64,000 bases of DNA from Guillardia theta CCMP2712 (GCF_000315625.1 NW_005434657.1:116837-180836), one strand, 5' to 3'; positions 1-13,420 are shown, counted from the stretch's first letter. The notes: generated by a model not told the origin, from the letters alone. Program-made: numbers and translations.

Positions 1-2500
1 AGTAGACCGTCAGGTCTTGGAAGGAACCGACGCCCGGTGGAGCGATGCAGACAATCGCTGGGATGGGGTTGGGAGGAACCCAGTCAGCGCAGAGGGTGTC
101 AGCATTGTTGGTACCACTGACAGCCTTGAACACGATGCTGCATGCTGTGGCAAACGTCTCCGGGGAGGAGGGAGACTGTCGGACGGAGACAGCAAGGTAC
201 TGAGAGTTGATGACTGTGTCTTGATCTGTAGGAGTTGAGTCGATGTTGGACAGGTTGGCAGCTCCGAGGATGCCTGACGGGCCTTGTCTGTCGACGTCAG
301 AGGGCAGCATGTAGTATCCCTGGATCGTGATCACGTTTCCTCCTGACGTCTGTCCCTTTGCTGGGCCCACGGGGATGGGCAGCGACTTATAAGCCGTTAT
401 GATCTGCGTCGAACGGTCTCAGCCTTGACCTCTGGCTCCTCCCCCACCTTGATGTTCGAGTCCGTCGACGCACAGGTGCCGGTCTTGAGCTGGGCATTCA
501 GAGGACAGTAGGGGCCTAGAGCGAGGTCAGCTGGTCGTCTCGCCTCCAAGCCATACGTGACATACCGACTGAGGTGTTGCAGAGAAAGGAGAGGTACTGG
601 GGAACTTCACAGCCGCACTGCTTGGAGACTGCAGCGGTCCTGTAAACGCTTCCAGCTGTTGACAATGTTCAGGTCGTCTCTACCCCGACAACTCCAGCTG
701 TTCTTTACCGTCTCGGTTCACCCGATACTGCGTGAGACCATACTTGCCCGAAAGATAATTGCCAACTCGATCCATTTCCTGCAGCGAGAGAGACTCGTTG
801 TAGATCAGTAGCTCCGCAAGGTCGATCGTTCCGAACCCTGCAGCTCCTCGTCATGTTGTCACTCTCACGTCACCATTCAACACCAGCAGACGCCCTGTTT
901 GCTTGATCCAACACTCCAAGTCGAAGTTGTTGAATTGCCGGGGGGGTGGCGTTGACGACACTGAGGGGAGGGGTGGGAGAGGCTGGAGAAACGAAGTGAG
1001 GGGACGTCGCTTGTTAAGTGAGATGTACCAACAAACCCATCGATGAAACCTTCTGCCAGGCTGCCGTTCACTCGCAGAGACACGATATGCCAGTTGTTGG
1101 AGCTCTGATAAGATCGGGCACCTGATGGCCCCCATAGATCTAGACATGCTGTTGGGATGCTGCGGTCCCATTCATCTCCTGCATCCAATCCTGCAGTTCA
1201 TTCACCTCGAAAAGCTGCAGCCTCCCTGAGCCGAGCAGACAGCAGCGCAACTGTTATCGTCGAGCTTCTCTCCGTACTCCAACTGTGATATTCAAACATC
1301 AAATCCTGTATTTTGATACTGTGCATGGCTTTGCGTACGTTGAGGGTTGAGAAGGATGTGATTCGCCCCTGCTCGCATTGAGGACAACTAGTCCCCGAGC
1401 ATCCCAACCCTTGCAGGCCTGAGTTGTTGACGCAGCTCGTGCAGGAGGAGAAGAGCGACAGACTAGCCAAGGAGTTGCTCGCGGAGCTCTGTGCGATCGT
1501 GTCAGGAGAGAAGAATGCAAGCAAGCAAGCGTCACTTCGGCTAGGTTGAGAATGCCCATCACTCCTGTATCGCCCACGTTTTGATGTGTGCGAACAACAA
1601 GGAAGATGGTGTATCTGAGAGACACAGGCATGACTGAGGAAGCAGCCGAAGTTCAAACCTGTTCTGTTGGAAGGGGTTCGTCTCGAAACCTGTCCCTATC
1701 ACTCAATTGCTGCTTGACTCTCTATGATCGCAAACCTGCTTGCCCGTTGGTTTCCATCTGCAGAAATTGACCTGAGGAAACGCCTCAGCCATACAAGCGG
1801 CGACTCGAGGCTTTACCTTGCGTGCCCTCAGTGTTATTTCGAGAGAATCGAACTACCCCCCATCCATTCAAGACGTTGGCCTGATACGTCGGTTGCCTAG
1901 TCGTCGAGCTTCGTTAGTCGTCCCACGTGCTGAGGTAGAATGGTATGCTCTACCACATTGACACGTTCTGAACCAGTTTCTCGTTGGCTTCATTGGCTGT
2001 GAAGTTTGACTGAGATGTCTCCCTTTCAAAGATTTCGGAATGTCACTCGCCTCCCACGAGAATCTTCTGCTGGGAGCAGGACGAGGTTGAGGGCATTCCG
2101 TTGTAGCAGATGTTCGCGACGTTCTGCCTGCACGAGGACGAGGCTGAGACTCAAGCGAGAAGGATCGGATCAGTCACACCATTCGCTGACGGAGCTTCCG
2201 CTGGCAACCTTGTCTCGCAGGAAGACATCAGGCGTGTACCAGAACCTTGAAGCCGTTAGGGCGGTCACTAGCGGAGGGGCCCACCTCAGGTTAGGATGAT
2301 AGGCGTTGGGCTGCTTGTATCTGCTGCCCCGTCAGAGCCGGCGGAAGTGACGGGAACTCGCCTGGTCGTCAACGTAGTCGGTAGCTTGACACCTCCCACG
2401 CTACTGCCAGGAGGAAAGTAGGACGAGCTGCGGACAAGAGTGAGGCTCCCCTAGCAACACAAGTGAAGAGAAAGTGAGGAGAAGAGCGAGTGAGGAGAAG
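1..2500 (-). CDS. Multi-exon Cys-rich secreted/surface protein with an IPT/TIG-like repeat; 3' end runs off the window
   Basis: Minus-strand exon at ~404-200 reads IITAYKSLPIPVGPAKGQTSGGNVITIQGYY (GPxxGGxxITIxG, IPT/TIG-like). Cys-rich exon SCTSCVNNSGLQGLGCSGTSCPQCEQGR at ~1450-1360. Short GT-AG introns. Start position uncertain. Confidence 0.5.
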
Positions 2501-2804
2501 AATTTGATCAAACGGTTCTAAACGTGTCCACATACCTGCCTGTAATGACAGAGAGGGAAACATCCGACCATTGTGTTGATGTGGAGTGTATCATGGACAC
2601 GAGTATCATGATCCTCCAGGTCATGCTTGGCTCCACGTTTCTCTCTTGCTTCCTTCCCATCACAGGCACCTGTGTCTGTGCCCACCTTGTCGTCCTGGTC
2701 TACCTTCTCCTCTCACCTCCCCGCTTCTCACCTTCCCTCCCTCTGTATGGCTACCTCGCTAATTGTTTTTGACTCGTCTGCCTACATATTTCTACCTGCA
2801 GCTG

Positions 2805-2940
2805 TTTCCTCCTCTCCTCTCCCCTCCTCTCCTCTCCTCTCCTCTCTCCTCCTCTCCTCTCCTCTCCTCTTCTCCTCCCCTTGCATCCTCCTTTCATCCC
2901 CTTGCATCCTCCTCTACCCTCTCCTGCGTTCTTCCCCCAT
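2805..2940. repeat. (CTCCT)n-like pyrimidine microsatellite
   Basis: Degenerate ctcct/ctctc units seen directly. Confidence 0.85.
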
Positions 2941-3005
2941 CTAGTCCGCTTTTTGTAGGGCCAGTAAACTGCAACCTTATCCTGAGAAACTATTCCTGTC
3001 CCGTC

Positions 3006-5140
3006 TTAAGTCACATGCTGATAAGTTTCGCCGGACACACTCGACATTTCAGATCTGAGGTGGGCATATAAATTTATTTTCGCCGGATTAATGGGGAACG
3101 TCACGGCGTTGCTCGTCTGGCTGATGCCATAACAGGAAGGTATCCAGCAGAAGCAGAGAAGTCCACCGGCTGCAAGGACGTCAGACGACAAACATGGCGG
3201 CGAGTCGTCAAGGCAACTCACTGCTTGATGGACTGCAGGCACTTGTGCAGGAAGTGTTTCTTGTCTATCAGGAACTTCCAACCTCAAGCAAACTTTTATG
3301 AAGCCTGGCAGACCATGACTTCATATGATACCTTTGACTATCTTTGGAATGACAACTCCCCATGCATGTGCCTCCCCCAAAGGCCTTTCTCTTGCTCCTA
3401 GGGGTAACGTCATGTCAACGATGAAGCATTCAAGTACTACTCTTCCTCTTGATATTGTCAAGAATTGTATTCCTTGTTTGATTTTCACCCTCTTAGAGAC
3501 ATACCTGCAAAAACAAGATTAAGCATCATTGAAAGGCCGTTTGAATATTTCCTGACATTTTCCACTCATTGAAGCTCTCGAGAACTCCTTTTGGCATCCA
3601 GACATTCAATATCTGAGATTGTGGATGTAATTACTCATTGTCAGAAAGTTTCTTAATTTAGGTTCACCTGAAGAGAATGATAGTGGGAACTGAAGAATGC
3701 ATATGTCAATCATTGCCGTCTTAGGATTTGAACGCAGAATCAGTGTGAGGCTTGCTATACTTGCCTGCCACTGAAGTCTCGTTGAAGAGCAATAAATTCC
3801 TATCAAAGTACATCGATCAGTTGGACAATTATACCACAGTCTCTGTCACATTGATGCGCTTTAATTCCTGTCGAATATGAAGCTGTATAGAACACGTAAG
3901 TATTGTACACCAGTGATTTGAAATCGATCTGATACTTGTCTTCCCCTAACAACCATCAATTGTTGTTTCATGTTCAGCGACTACCATAGCAATCGCATAT
4001 CAGAGTCAGTAAGTTGTTTCTTATCTTCAGATTGAAGAACCCGAATTATTGTATCACTTGCTTCACTTAAAATCTTCATCCGACGTATATCTACGATGAA
4101 GTGGATTGAAAACATGAAATCGTTGCTTGCAGAAGTTCTCACCTAAATCAACACTTGCGTCTTCTGTATCAGGCATTGTTGATCTTTTGATCTTTGACAA
4201 CAATCAAGAGCTCGGGATGTTGCGCATTACAAACCTCGGAGCCAAAGCGCTTCTTATCTTCATCCCACTCTCCGTAAAATCTGTCTAAGTCTTCTATCTG
4301 GTCAACAAACATCTCGTGAGATGATTTAAGAGTTTGATTGCAGGGATGAGCAGTTAAACACCATTTCTGCAACGGCGCCGAGATTCTTGACGAGAAGGTG
4401 CTTCTTGTAATTCAGCCACCTGATGAGATCTCAGCCTCAAAGAGGACAACTCATCTTGAGATTCAACAGTATGTCGACTTCATCCGCGCTCCCCGCCGAA
4501 TGGGAGTGAAACCCTTGCTCTTCCTTCCAGAGCTGATATCAGCGAAACAAACACTTGCGGTTGCCTTAGAGTGTTTCTACTTCATGCGCACTCGAAGGTT
4601 CCTTGCTGTGGATAATTCTGGCTACTTGAACATCCCGTTCTCTGTTTTCCTATCAAGATATGTTCACACGTTGTGTATAGGTTACATCCGAGATCTTGAC
4701 CATTTCTCTTCGGCTGCTATCTCTTATCATCCTTCGTTTTCTCAGTTTGTCTTCTCTCTAAAAGTAATGTCAGATTGGTAGTTGGTGTCCTGCCAGCTCG
4801 AGCAAGATACCAGACGGTTTCCCGCATCTTCATTTCTCCTCCTAATCAGCTGCGTTACATGATGTTGCTTTGCATCTCCTGTAACCCGCAAAGATCAGGC
4901 TAGTGAAGACATGAGAAGAAGCACCAGGACCGTCGCTCCACATCCTATCCACGATTTCTTGTAGACTGTCCTCCAACCTTGAGTCATCGTCTAGCGCTGT
5001 ACAGACGTCTTGAGACAAAGGACATGGTCGAGGTGATGAGAAGTACCATCAGTCAAGGCTGAGATCTTGTCTTCGATGTATTCTTCTACCCCCCCCTTCC
5101 TTCCCACATCACTCCTGCTTATGCCACTCCGCTTCTGCAT
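3006..5140 (-). CDS. Multi-exon hypothetical protein, head-to-head with ZMYND10
   Basis: Chain of minus-strand open segments (4169-4372, 3606-3806, 3006-3287) separated by short GT-AG introns; candidate ATG at 5140. No family recognised. Confidence 0.4.
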
Positions 5141-5146
5141 CCCGGA

Positions 5147-5255
5147 CCGTTGACCGAGCCGGGGGGGGGGAGTCGAGTCAGAGTCAAGACATCAGGGTTA
5201 CGGTTATGGACTTCTGGAATTTAACGGATTAATAACGAGCTGTAACGATCAACGG
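5147..5255. promoter_or_regulatory. Short bidirectional promoter with clustered YAACG(G) Myb-type motifs
   Basis: CCGTTG 5147, TAACGG 5222, TAACGA 5233 and 5243, CAACGG 5250, all between two divergent ATGs (5140 and 5268). Confidence 0.45.
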
Positions 5256-5267
5256 CTTGTCTGCATC

Positions 5268-7049
5268 ATGGCTGGGGCGAGGGGCGACGTTATGGTACAG
5301 GGGGAGGCTGAGAGGCTGGTGGAGGAGATTCGAGTGTTCGGAATCGAAGAGATCGGGCTGAAAGCGTGGACGAAGCAGCACCAGGTCATCGAGAAGCTGA
5401 ACATGCAGGCCCAGATCAGCGTCATGAACCAATCCGATGAGTATGTTGTAGAGGCCCTGATAGACCACGAGAAGATTTCAACATTGATCCACTGCCTGAT
5501 TGTATGTGAGGTATGGAAGGACACAGTGCTGGTAAAGGTACAGCAAGACTTAGCAAGCTCTCATTACGTCAAGCTCTACCTCATCATGTACCATGAAGCT
5601 GTCATCCTCGGTTTACTCGAGAAAGCCTTCTACCATTCGTCGGCCGTGAGCATGGCGGGAGATAGTCTCATCGAGCTCTCAGATTACTGCTATAGGAAGA
5701 CTGTTTATCTTAACAGCTTTCACTCTGATACTGAAGAAGAATCACCCAAGAGAGATCAAATTCTCAATATGAAAGACATTGAAAGATTGGAGGAACAAAA
5801 GAAGAAAATTGACTTCTCATGTGCTATCAGTGCTCTGACAGTGTTGCGGTTCATTGTCGAAAATGCCGAAACTGTTCCCATATCTGTTTTGAGCAGATTG
5901 CTCACCGAACAGGTAGAGATCACTTGGTTTGAAACCCCTTCGCTGATGCCTTTTTGCAAGGACATTATGCAAACGTTGATACCCTTATTAGATGATGCAC
6001 CGTGGACTCGGAAGAAGGACAAAGTGATAGAGAAATACGAGGATGGAAAATGGATAGAGGTTTCTCAGGATGATTTACACCGAATTTCAAAAACAGAGGC
6101 ACAGGTTTGAGATTGAACAATTTCTCAACAACAGTGATTTGTGTCCAGGTTTGGTTGACTCTGAACTGCCTTCTCCTACATCCTGAATGCCGAAGAAAAT
6201 ATGAATGGACTGAGAACAGAAAGTCCCTCGTCATGAAATTGAGCAAATACTTCAACGAGCTCCTTATTGATCAAGTAACTAATGCATTTTTGTTGTCTAC
6301 GGTTGATTTGCCTGTAGCTCCCCATTCTGTCTGAGATGAGAAGGTTGGTTGAAACTCTTGCATTCAGTGCACCCAATTCAGGGACAGAACCGCGATCTGT
6401 CGTGATAGAACAGATTCCTGAACTCCGAGATAAGATTATGCGGGTGAATCGCTCGATTACCTGTAGCGATTGTATGACTGGTTGTGGCCAGAGCGATTTC
6501 AAGGCGATCGCTGCGATGTTTAAGTCCAAAATGCAGAACGAAAGCCCGGAAGATCAGAAGGTGATTCTCCTTTTGAATCTTGAACGAGTTGAAGGGAACC
6601 ACTGACAGGCGGAGATGAGTGAGCTAGCCGCAATGTATGACATGCTGAATGTCGAAGATTTCATGGAGGTAGGACCAACATGCTTCTTTGCATGCAATCG
6701 TGACCCAGTACTGTTCAGGACCCGAAATGTGCTGTCTGTGGAGCGCCTGCGGAGAAACGTTGCTCGAAGTGCAAGATGGAATGGTACTTGAGAAATCGGA
6801 TTATGATGAAGTGGTCTGACAGTGGTCAAGGTATTGTGGAAGGAAATGTCAAGTAGCAGCATGGAAGAAGCACAAGCCCTTTTGCGAAATGATCTCAGGT
6901 ATTTCCTTGGTTTCAAATGTTTGTACATTGAATTCTAGAACTCTACAGGACTAGCTGATGAACGCAAAGGGAGCGAGGGGGCTCCATGTACTAGCAACGA
7001 GGATTCTGCTCAAAAGAACAGCTATCATCAAATAGAAATTCTAGACTGA
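5268..7049 (+). CDS. ZMYND10: Zinc finger MYND domain protein 10 (axonemal dynein assembly factor), multi-exon
   Basis: N-terminus W..QH..IEKLNMQA...DEYVVEALIDHEKI..LIH.LI..EVWK, YHEA.ILGLLE, DDAPW, K.EAQVW. Spliced C-terminal MYND finger PKCAVCGAPAEKRCSKCKMEW|YCGRKCQVAAWKKHKPFC (6720-6885). Confidence 0.93.
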
Positions 7050-7133
7050 GTACAAGTTTGTCTTCAACACGTACTTCCATAACACACTTTTATGCCTTGA
7101 CTCGGCTGAATCTTTGACTCTAATTCATGGCCT

Positions 7134-7991
7134 TCAAACCGATGTATCTTCATACTCCGTGAGGAGAAAGCAGTTCGCGTTCTTTTCCATGTATCGCAAG
7201 AACTCGACGAGCCGTGGGTGCAAATTCTTTGCCGTAACCTCAGAGACATTTGCTTTCGCGAGAATTGAAGGCAACTTGACAATGAGACGCAGCAAGTGTT
7301 CTCCTCCATAGATCTCGCTTGCTGGAGTCTTGCCCTTACTCCTCCTGATCTTTTCGTACTGGTTTCTTTCCTGTTGATAAAGTAGCATCATGCTGAGAGC
7401 CTTGTCAAAATATTCCCGCAACCCATCAGTCATTTCTTTCAATATTTCCGCCTCCACTGAAGTGGGAGGCTTATTGTTTGTTTTCACGAACGAGACAAGA
7501 ATTTCCTTGACTGAAGGACTACGAGGCAAAGGCACTAACTTTTCGCTGTGCACCTGCTCAGCTTCCTTCATCAGATGCACTTGAAGCGTATGGGGAATGA
7601 TCAAGGTAATCACTGGTTTGGTTGATTCAACAGTGTGGATAAAGTCATCCCCTGGTTGGGAGCTTTTGCCGTTGCTGCTTGCAAGACTTTCCTTTAACCT
7701 TGCAGACAGCTCATTTTGCACCTTGCGACTCTCTTCATTATCAGGGTAGAGCATTGCTTCTTTGACCCATTCATCCCACCTCGCTTTCCAGCCTTGATAA
7801 TGTACGTAGTATTCCCAGTTCAGCCCCACCTTACGCATTTTCAAGATCTTCGCTGCATACAATTGTCCCCTGTTCAACGCCAGCAAGAGTTGATTCAAGG
7901 CATACTTGCAATCCCCTACCACGAGATCATCTTTACTCGGAGGGGGAGCGGCAGCTGCTACTTCGCGTTTCTGCTTTTTGGATGGCGGCAT
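7134..7991 (-). CDS. EAF3: MRG15/EAF3-family chromatin protein (chromo barrel + MRG domain)
   Basis: YYVHYQGWKARWDEWV chromo barrel; LVPLPRSPSV, GLREYFDKAL..MLLY.QER.QY and IYGGEHLLRL.VKLP MRG motifs. Confidence 0.93.
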   Translation of the reverse strand: MPPSKKQKREVAAAAPPPSKDDLVVGDCKYALNQLLLALNRGQLYAAKILKMRKVGLNWEYYVHYQGWKARWDEWVKEAMLYPDNEESRKVQNELSARLKESLASSNGKSSQPGDDFIHTVESTKPVITLIIPHTLQVHLMKEAEQVHSEKLVPLPRSPSVKEILVSFVKTNNKPPTSVEAEILKEMTDGLREYFDKALSMMLLYQQERNQYEKIRRSKGKTPASEIYGGEHLLRLIVKLPSILAKANVSEVTAKNLHPRLVEFLRYMEKNANCFLLTEYEDTSV

Positions 7992-8054
7992 TAAAAATAC
8001 CTTAAAAGAACGAGTCAGATGAGATTAGATAAAATTTTTGTAGAGAAAACATAT

Positions 8055-8790
8055 CAGGATCAGGAGCAAGGAGCAGGAAAAGCGGGGCGAGCAGGAGCAG
8101 GATCAGGAGCCAGGAGCAGCAGGGATAGGCGTGCAGAGCGAGGAGGAAGGGGAGGAGGAGGAGGAGGAGGAGGAGGAGGAGGAGGAGGAGGAGGAGGAGG
8201 AGGATCGGGAGGAGCGGGAGGAGCGGGAGGAGCAGGAGGAGGAAGGAGGAGGAGGAGGAGGAGGAGGAGGAAGGGGATCGGGAGGAGCGGGAGGAGCAGG
8301 AGGAGGAATGAGGAGGATGAAGGAGGAGCAGGAGCACGGATCAGGAGCAAGGGAGCAGTTATGTGGATAAGTACGGAACAATGGAAAAATGATTCAGAGT
8401 ATCACCGCCTGCTCGCGATCATCCTGAAGACTCTAGTACAGTTCGAGGATGTCAACCAGAAGTTCATATGGATCCGCGTAGCAGACCTCCTGCTCTTCTG
8501 CTTNNNNNNNNNNNNNNNNNNNNNNNNNNNNNNNNNNNNNNNNNNNNNNNNNNNNNNNNNNNNNNNNNNNNNNNNNNNNNNNNNNNNNNNNNNNNNNNNN
8601 NNNGGAGCAGGAGCAGGAGCAAGGAGCAAGGAGCAAGGAGCAAGGAGCAAGGAGCAAGGAGCAAGAGGAGAAGGAGCAGGAGGATGAGCAGCAGGAGGAG
8701 GACGAGCGGGAGGAGGAGGAGGAGGAGGAGGAGGAGGAGGAGGAGGATGAGCAGCAAGGAGCGGGGGAGCAGCTCCTCCTGCTCCTTCTG
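8055..8790. repeat. (GGA)n / (GGAGCA)n / (GGAGCAA)n low-complexity tract spanning a 100-N gap
   Basis: Seen directly; gap at 8504-8603. Confidence 0.85.
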
Positions 8791-9014
8791 CTCCTGCTGC
8801 TGCTGCTTCTCTCCCGCCAAAACTGAAAAGAGGAAGCAAACCCGAGGAAACGATCGCAGGATCATATCCTGCGCAATTGTCCGGTGAGCTAACTACTTGG
8901 GTCCGCCTCAGTGAACTAGGTTCTAGATCACTAGGTGGAAATAGAGGACAGAAACCTTACTTTGATTTTCACACATATACACTGAATCGCTGCCATTGAA
9001 AATATAGTGTCGCC

Positions 9015-11958
9015 ATGCGGAGAGCGATGTTACTATGCATCGCTTTCGTATGCACGAGCCTGGAAGAGGAGCGGATACTTTCGCTTCATCCTCCTCCAGA
9101 CCAGCTGTGCTGTCTCCTTCCGAGTACATGTCTAGTATGTCTCCACCCTCAAACTGGATCTCTCCAGTCCTGTCCGTCTAGACATCAGCAGCAAACGGAT
9201 CGAACTGAACTTCATTACCAACCTCCCTTCGTCCTCTCTACTGCTCCGATGCGACTTACTGGAGGATTCTTGTCTCCTCCACGCACCTTCATTGACGACG
9301 CAAAGGTCAGACTCGCTCTAGCTCGATTCATTCTCCTCGCAAACCTGATGCGACCCATCCTCCTCCCATTTTGCTGCTGGCACTCGCTCTTGCTGGCTTG
9401 CTGACTCTCTGCCTCCTAGGCGATGGGGCTCGAACACATCGATGAAGGGTGAGTCGAGGTTCAACCTGATGGCAGCTTCGTTCACCACTACTGTTGATCC
9501 TACCAGACCGATGTATTATGACGAATCAGAACAAGTTCGTGAGGAAGGAGGTGAGGAGCTCTTGGTGCGGTTCGCTCAGGCTGACCTTCCTTCTTCAAGA
9601 TCTTCGAAACAAAGTTCGGTCATCACGATACCTTGACTCCGATACTTTAGAATGGGTTCTCGCATGCGAAGAGAAACTATGCTTCCAGTCTGACATGTCA
9701 TCCAAGGTACACGTGGACGAAACTCGTCAAAATCGGAAGCCATCGGGGGAGCACGTTGTCAAGTATGAGCAGAGACCGTTGGACGCATCTCAGGTAGTCC
9801 TTTGGGTTCTCTTGCGTCTGGTTGGTCAAGGGCTGAAGTGATGTCTTCTAGAACAATATGAAGCAGTGCCGTACTGTGAATCCTCAGATGGATCGTTTCG
9901 TGCCGCCAGCACTGGAACCCTTCAGAGCATATGTCATCAAGTAAGTTCGCATGCATCTCCTTGCAACCAATGAGATCTTGGAGTAGAAGGCCATCCATCC
10001 AGAAGTCCCCGAGTGAGAAGAAGGAATCTTGCGTCCCTAGAGGGCCGATCTTAAGGTCCAACAACCGAGGAGAGATGAATTGCTCAGGTTCTTGGCAGTT
10101 TGGAGAAAGAGCTGATTGAAAGCTGGCGCAATACAAACGAGTACTTGATCCCTCACTTCGCCAAGCTCGAGTTGGTGGGTGGTCTGGGTTTCAAAACACA
10201 CTCTTGTTTATTTTCGTCACAGGCCAAAGGGGTCAACCAAACTATGTTGAAAGAAAACGAACGGTGATTTCAAATTCTTACCCAGGGAGGTTGATACGGT
10301 GGTAGGTTTTTGACTGAAGGAAATGTAACTGGAACGATTTTTTCGAATTTGCCGGTTGAGAGACTTCAAATTGGATTGCACCCCTGAATTTTCGTTAGGA
10401 TGAGTCGAACATTTCATCGCTTCTTGGAGAGCCTCTCGAAGAGAAGAGAGATCTTGTTGGTACGGGCAACTTCTTCATCTGAGTCTGATTCTGATATGCC
10501 TATCTCAAGTCCAAAAGAATGAAACTCCTGAGGTGATCAGGATGGGAGCAGCAACGAGGATGCTCCGACGTATCGCAAACCGCAATGCTCGGAAAGCCAA
10601 GAACGCAGAGGTTGCAACAGCGATGTTGAGCTCGATGCTGACCCGAGAGTCAGGGCATGAATAAGGAGGAGAGCGAATACAGCATCACTAAGAAGTACGG
10701 AGGAGCCTTATCGCAGAACACTTTCAATCCATGCACCAGACCGGACCATGAGAACAGACCTTGGCTGGTAGGAGTCTTTGTTGCAGCACTCCTTTCTGAG
10801 CACTCATTGTATCGAATAGTCGAGATACAATCAGGACGAAGCAAGTCCATATCAAGCAGAAGAAGCCGGACCCAACGAGACCGAAGAGGAATGCAGGTGA
10901 TATTGATTCGTTTCTGCTTGCCTGCTGCAGTCAAGAGATTTCAGGGCGAGACGAGCTGCGACAGTTGTTTCTATCATTGGCTGTGGAAAGATGGGGAGTA
11001 GACTTGCCGGTAAGCAACAAGATCGTCGTGTGATCGAAGCTGAATGGTCTCCACAGAGTTGTGGGCAAGGGGAGGATATAAGGTCCTCGTTGGCTCCAGA
11101 GATCAGCTTCGAGGTGAAGAGACCGCACGACGTCTGACAGAAAGGTCTGAGGTCTTGCGGGGTCTTTATTCAATTCTAAGTCATTGGAATAGCATTTCCA
11201 ATCAAGTCACTTCGTCCATCGAAGGAGGGACGATGGAGTGGGCGGCGGATCAAGGGGATATTATCGTTCTGGCCACTCCCTTCACTGCGACCATTCAGGT
11301 TGATTCTTGGTGCATAGTCTACAGACAAGGTTTGATGGTGTCGTTGAAGGTTCTGAGCGTAATTCAAGAATTCATTCATGGACAACATAAGATTATTCTC
11401 GATATTACGAATCCCATCTACGATCACAATGTGAACTCCAGCAAATTTGAGCAATTAACGTTCTGACTTGTTTTGAAGGCTATCGAAAGTGTAGCAGCAC
11501 TTGACTTGCATATGGCATTCTTAGATGACCCCACGGCTAGTTGGGCCGTCGGGTGTGCGAACAGGAGCATCGAGCGGCATGGCCATTGACATGTTCGCAG
11601 TTACAAATCTGTCTTTGTGAATCGATTGAACTTCGGCTCTCGGCACTCACAGGAATCTGCAAGATCGAAGTCATTCGGGTGCGGGTGACGGTTGTTGCAG
11701 ACTATCGACATCTGTGGAGATCGCAAAGCTCGGATGGCCGTCGCTGACCTGGTGAAGGAGAATCTGTTCCCTCATCTCCCAGTCAAAGGTTGAGCAGGTG
11801 AGGTGCCATGGGTGGACTCCGAGGATACGGGGAGAGGTCAGCATGGCACGAGTGAGTTTGTTGTGCGCACGTGCTTGCTGAGGTTGAGCCTCCTGCCCCA
11901 GGCACTTGAGCCAGGGAGACGAGTGGCGTATATCAAACAGATGTTTGGAGATTCATGA
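9015..11958 (+). CDS. Many-exon protein with a C-terminal F420-dependent NADP oxidoreductase-type Rossmann domain and a long unknown N-terminus
   Basis: Spliced VVSIIGCGKMGSRLAELWARGGYKVLVGSRD...GDIIVLATPF...KIILDITNP (10964-11420). Exons can be chained upstream in frame through ~10220. Joining to the 9015-10160 exons is tentative. Stop TGA at 11956-11958. Confidence 0.65.
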
Positions 11959-11994
11959 ATGAGAGCGAAGAGGATGTCATGCTCAGGTATTTAA

Positions 11995-12795
11995 TCAAGG
12001 TTTTTTCTTCTTCAAGTAACCCTTTTGGTTGGCAATATAGCACACGTGCAACCGTTCGATCATCGACGGGTCTACACCATCAAAATGTGATACCAGGCTT
12101 TCCTTCTCGTCCATCTCCATGCCATCCGCATTGATTTCATCTCCTGGAAACGAAGTCACGCCCGAGCTCTCTTCACGAGTATCGTTATTACCATTCTTTC
12201 TTTCCATGATTTCAAGATGCTTCACTAATTCTTGAAATCTGCAAACAAGAATCACTAAATTTCGCGATATGACATCCAAGACTATTACACTTCAGATTCA
12301 TCTCCGGTCAGAATTATTTCCATGAACTGTAGCAATCTCCACATCAACTGCAGATGCATCACGATACAACAGCAGACCTGCCCTAGATGCGATGTTTGAG
12401 ATCTGCCTCTTTCTGACGCTAACAAAATGATCTTCCAACGATTTCGATTCTCCTTATTCTCTGTCGTGTCGGGATAATCCATCACTACGAACGACAGCAC
12501 CTGCCTTCGCTCAGTATTGTCACGTTCCAACGGGAGACAAGAACCATGGTTGACAGGTTGTATAAAGCCTCCGGGCTGCTGCATTCTGCCACGATCTCAG
12601 CTGGTCGCTGGTCTTTGTAGTGTATGAGTTGCAATCGCACAGTTTCCTCCTATTCGATTGTTGAGTCAAGTGATGTGCGGAAACGACTTCCCCATTCCTC
12701 ACCGTTCGTGTGAGACCAAACGCTGTGCATTCCCCAAAGGTTTCAATCTGTATGACAGGACACGCATTCATCTTTGTTGTCATCACACAGCCCAC
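11995..12795 (-). CDS. Multi-exon hypothetical protein
   Basis: Three consecutive minus-strand ORFs with GT-AG boundaries; begins MGC (possible myristoylation/palmitoylation). Confidence 0.45.
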
Positions 12796-13420
12796 ATAGC
12801 TGGCTTGTCACCTAGCTCTAGCCTCTAAACCTCACTTCTACCTCTCTCACCCTCCCTCCCTCCATTCCTCTCCCTCTCCCTCCCTACTTACCTGCCTATG
12901 TTGATCGCTCGCTCGCACCCTTCCCCTCGCTCGCTTGCTCGCTCGCTCTCCCTCCCTCCCTCCCTCCCTCCCTGCCTGTGTCGCTCACCGCTCGCTCACT
13001 CCCTGACTCCCTTTCGCTCTACCTCCCTCTTAACCTCTCTATCTCTTATCATCCTCCTCCTCCTCCTCCTCCTTCTCATCATCATCATCATCCTCATCCT
13101 CCTCCTCCTCATCATCTCTTACCGTGTGCTGTCCGCGCCCTTGCCATACGTTAGGCATGAACCCGCTAAGAAATGCCAGACGACTTTAGCTCAATTCAGG
13201 AACTCTGACCCAAACATCATTAGCTGAAACAATATGTTGCCTTCTCCGACCCTTGGTCATTTCTGTCTTTTTATGACATTATAAAATTTCTTTGAGGCGG
13301 ACTTGAATTCTTAAATGCCTATCAGTGATGACCTGATGAGTAAAATTGTGTGTATTTTGGGTGAAATCGCACCGCCATGTTCGAGGTTCTATCTATGCAG
13401 GTGCGTTGATGACGGCAAGA

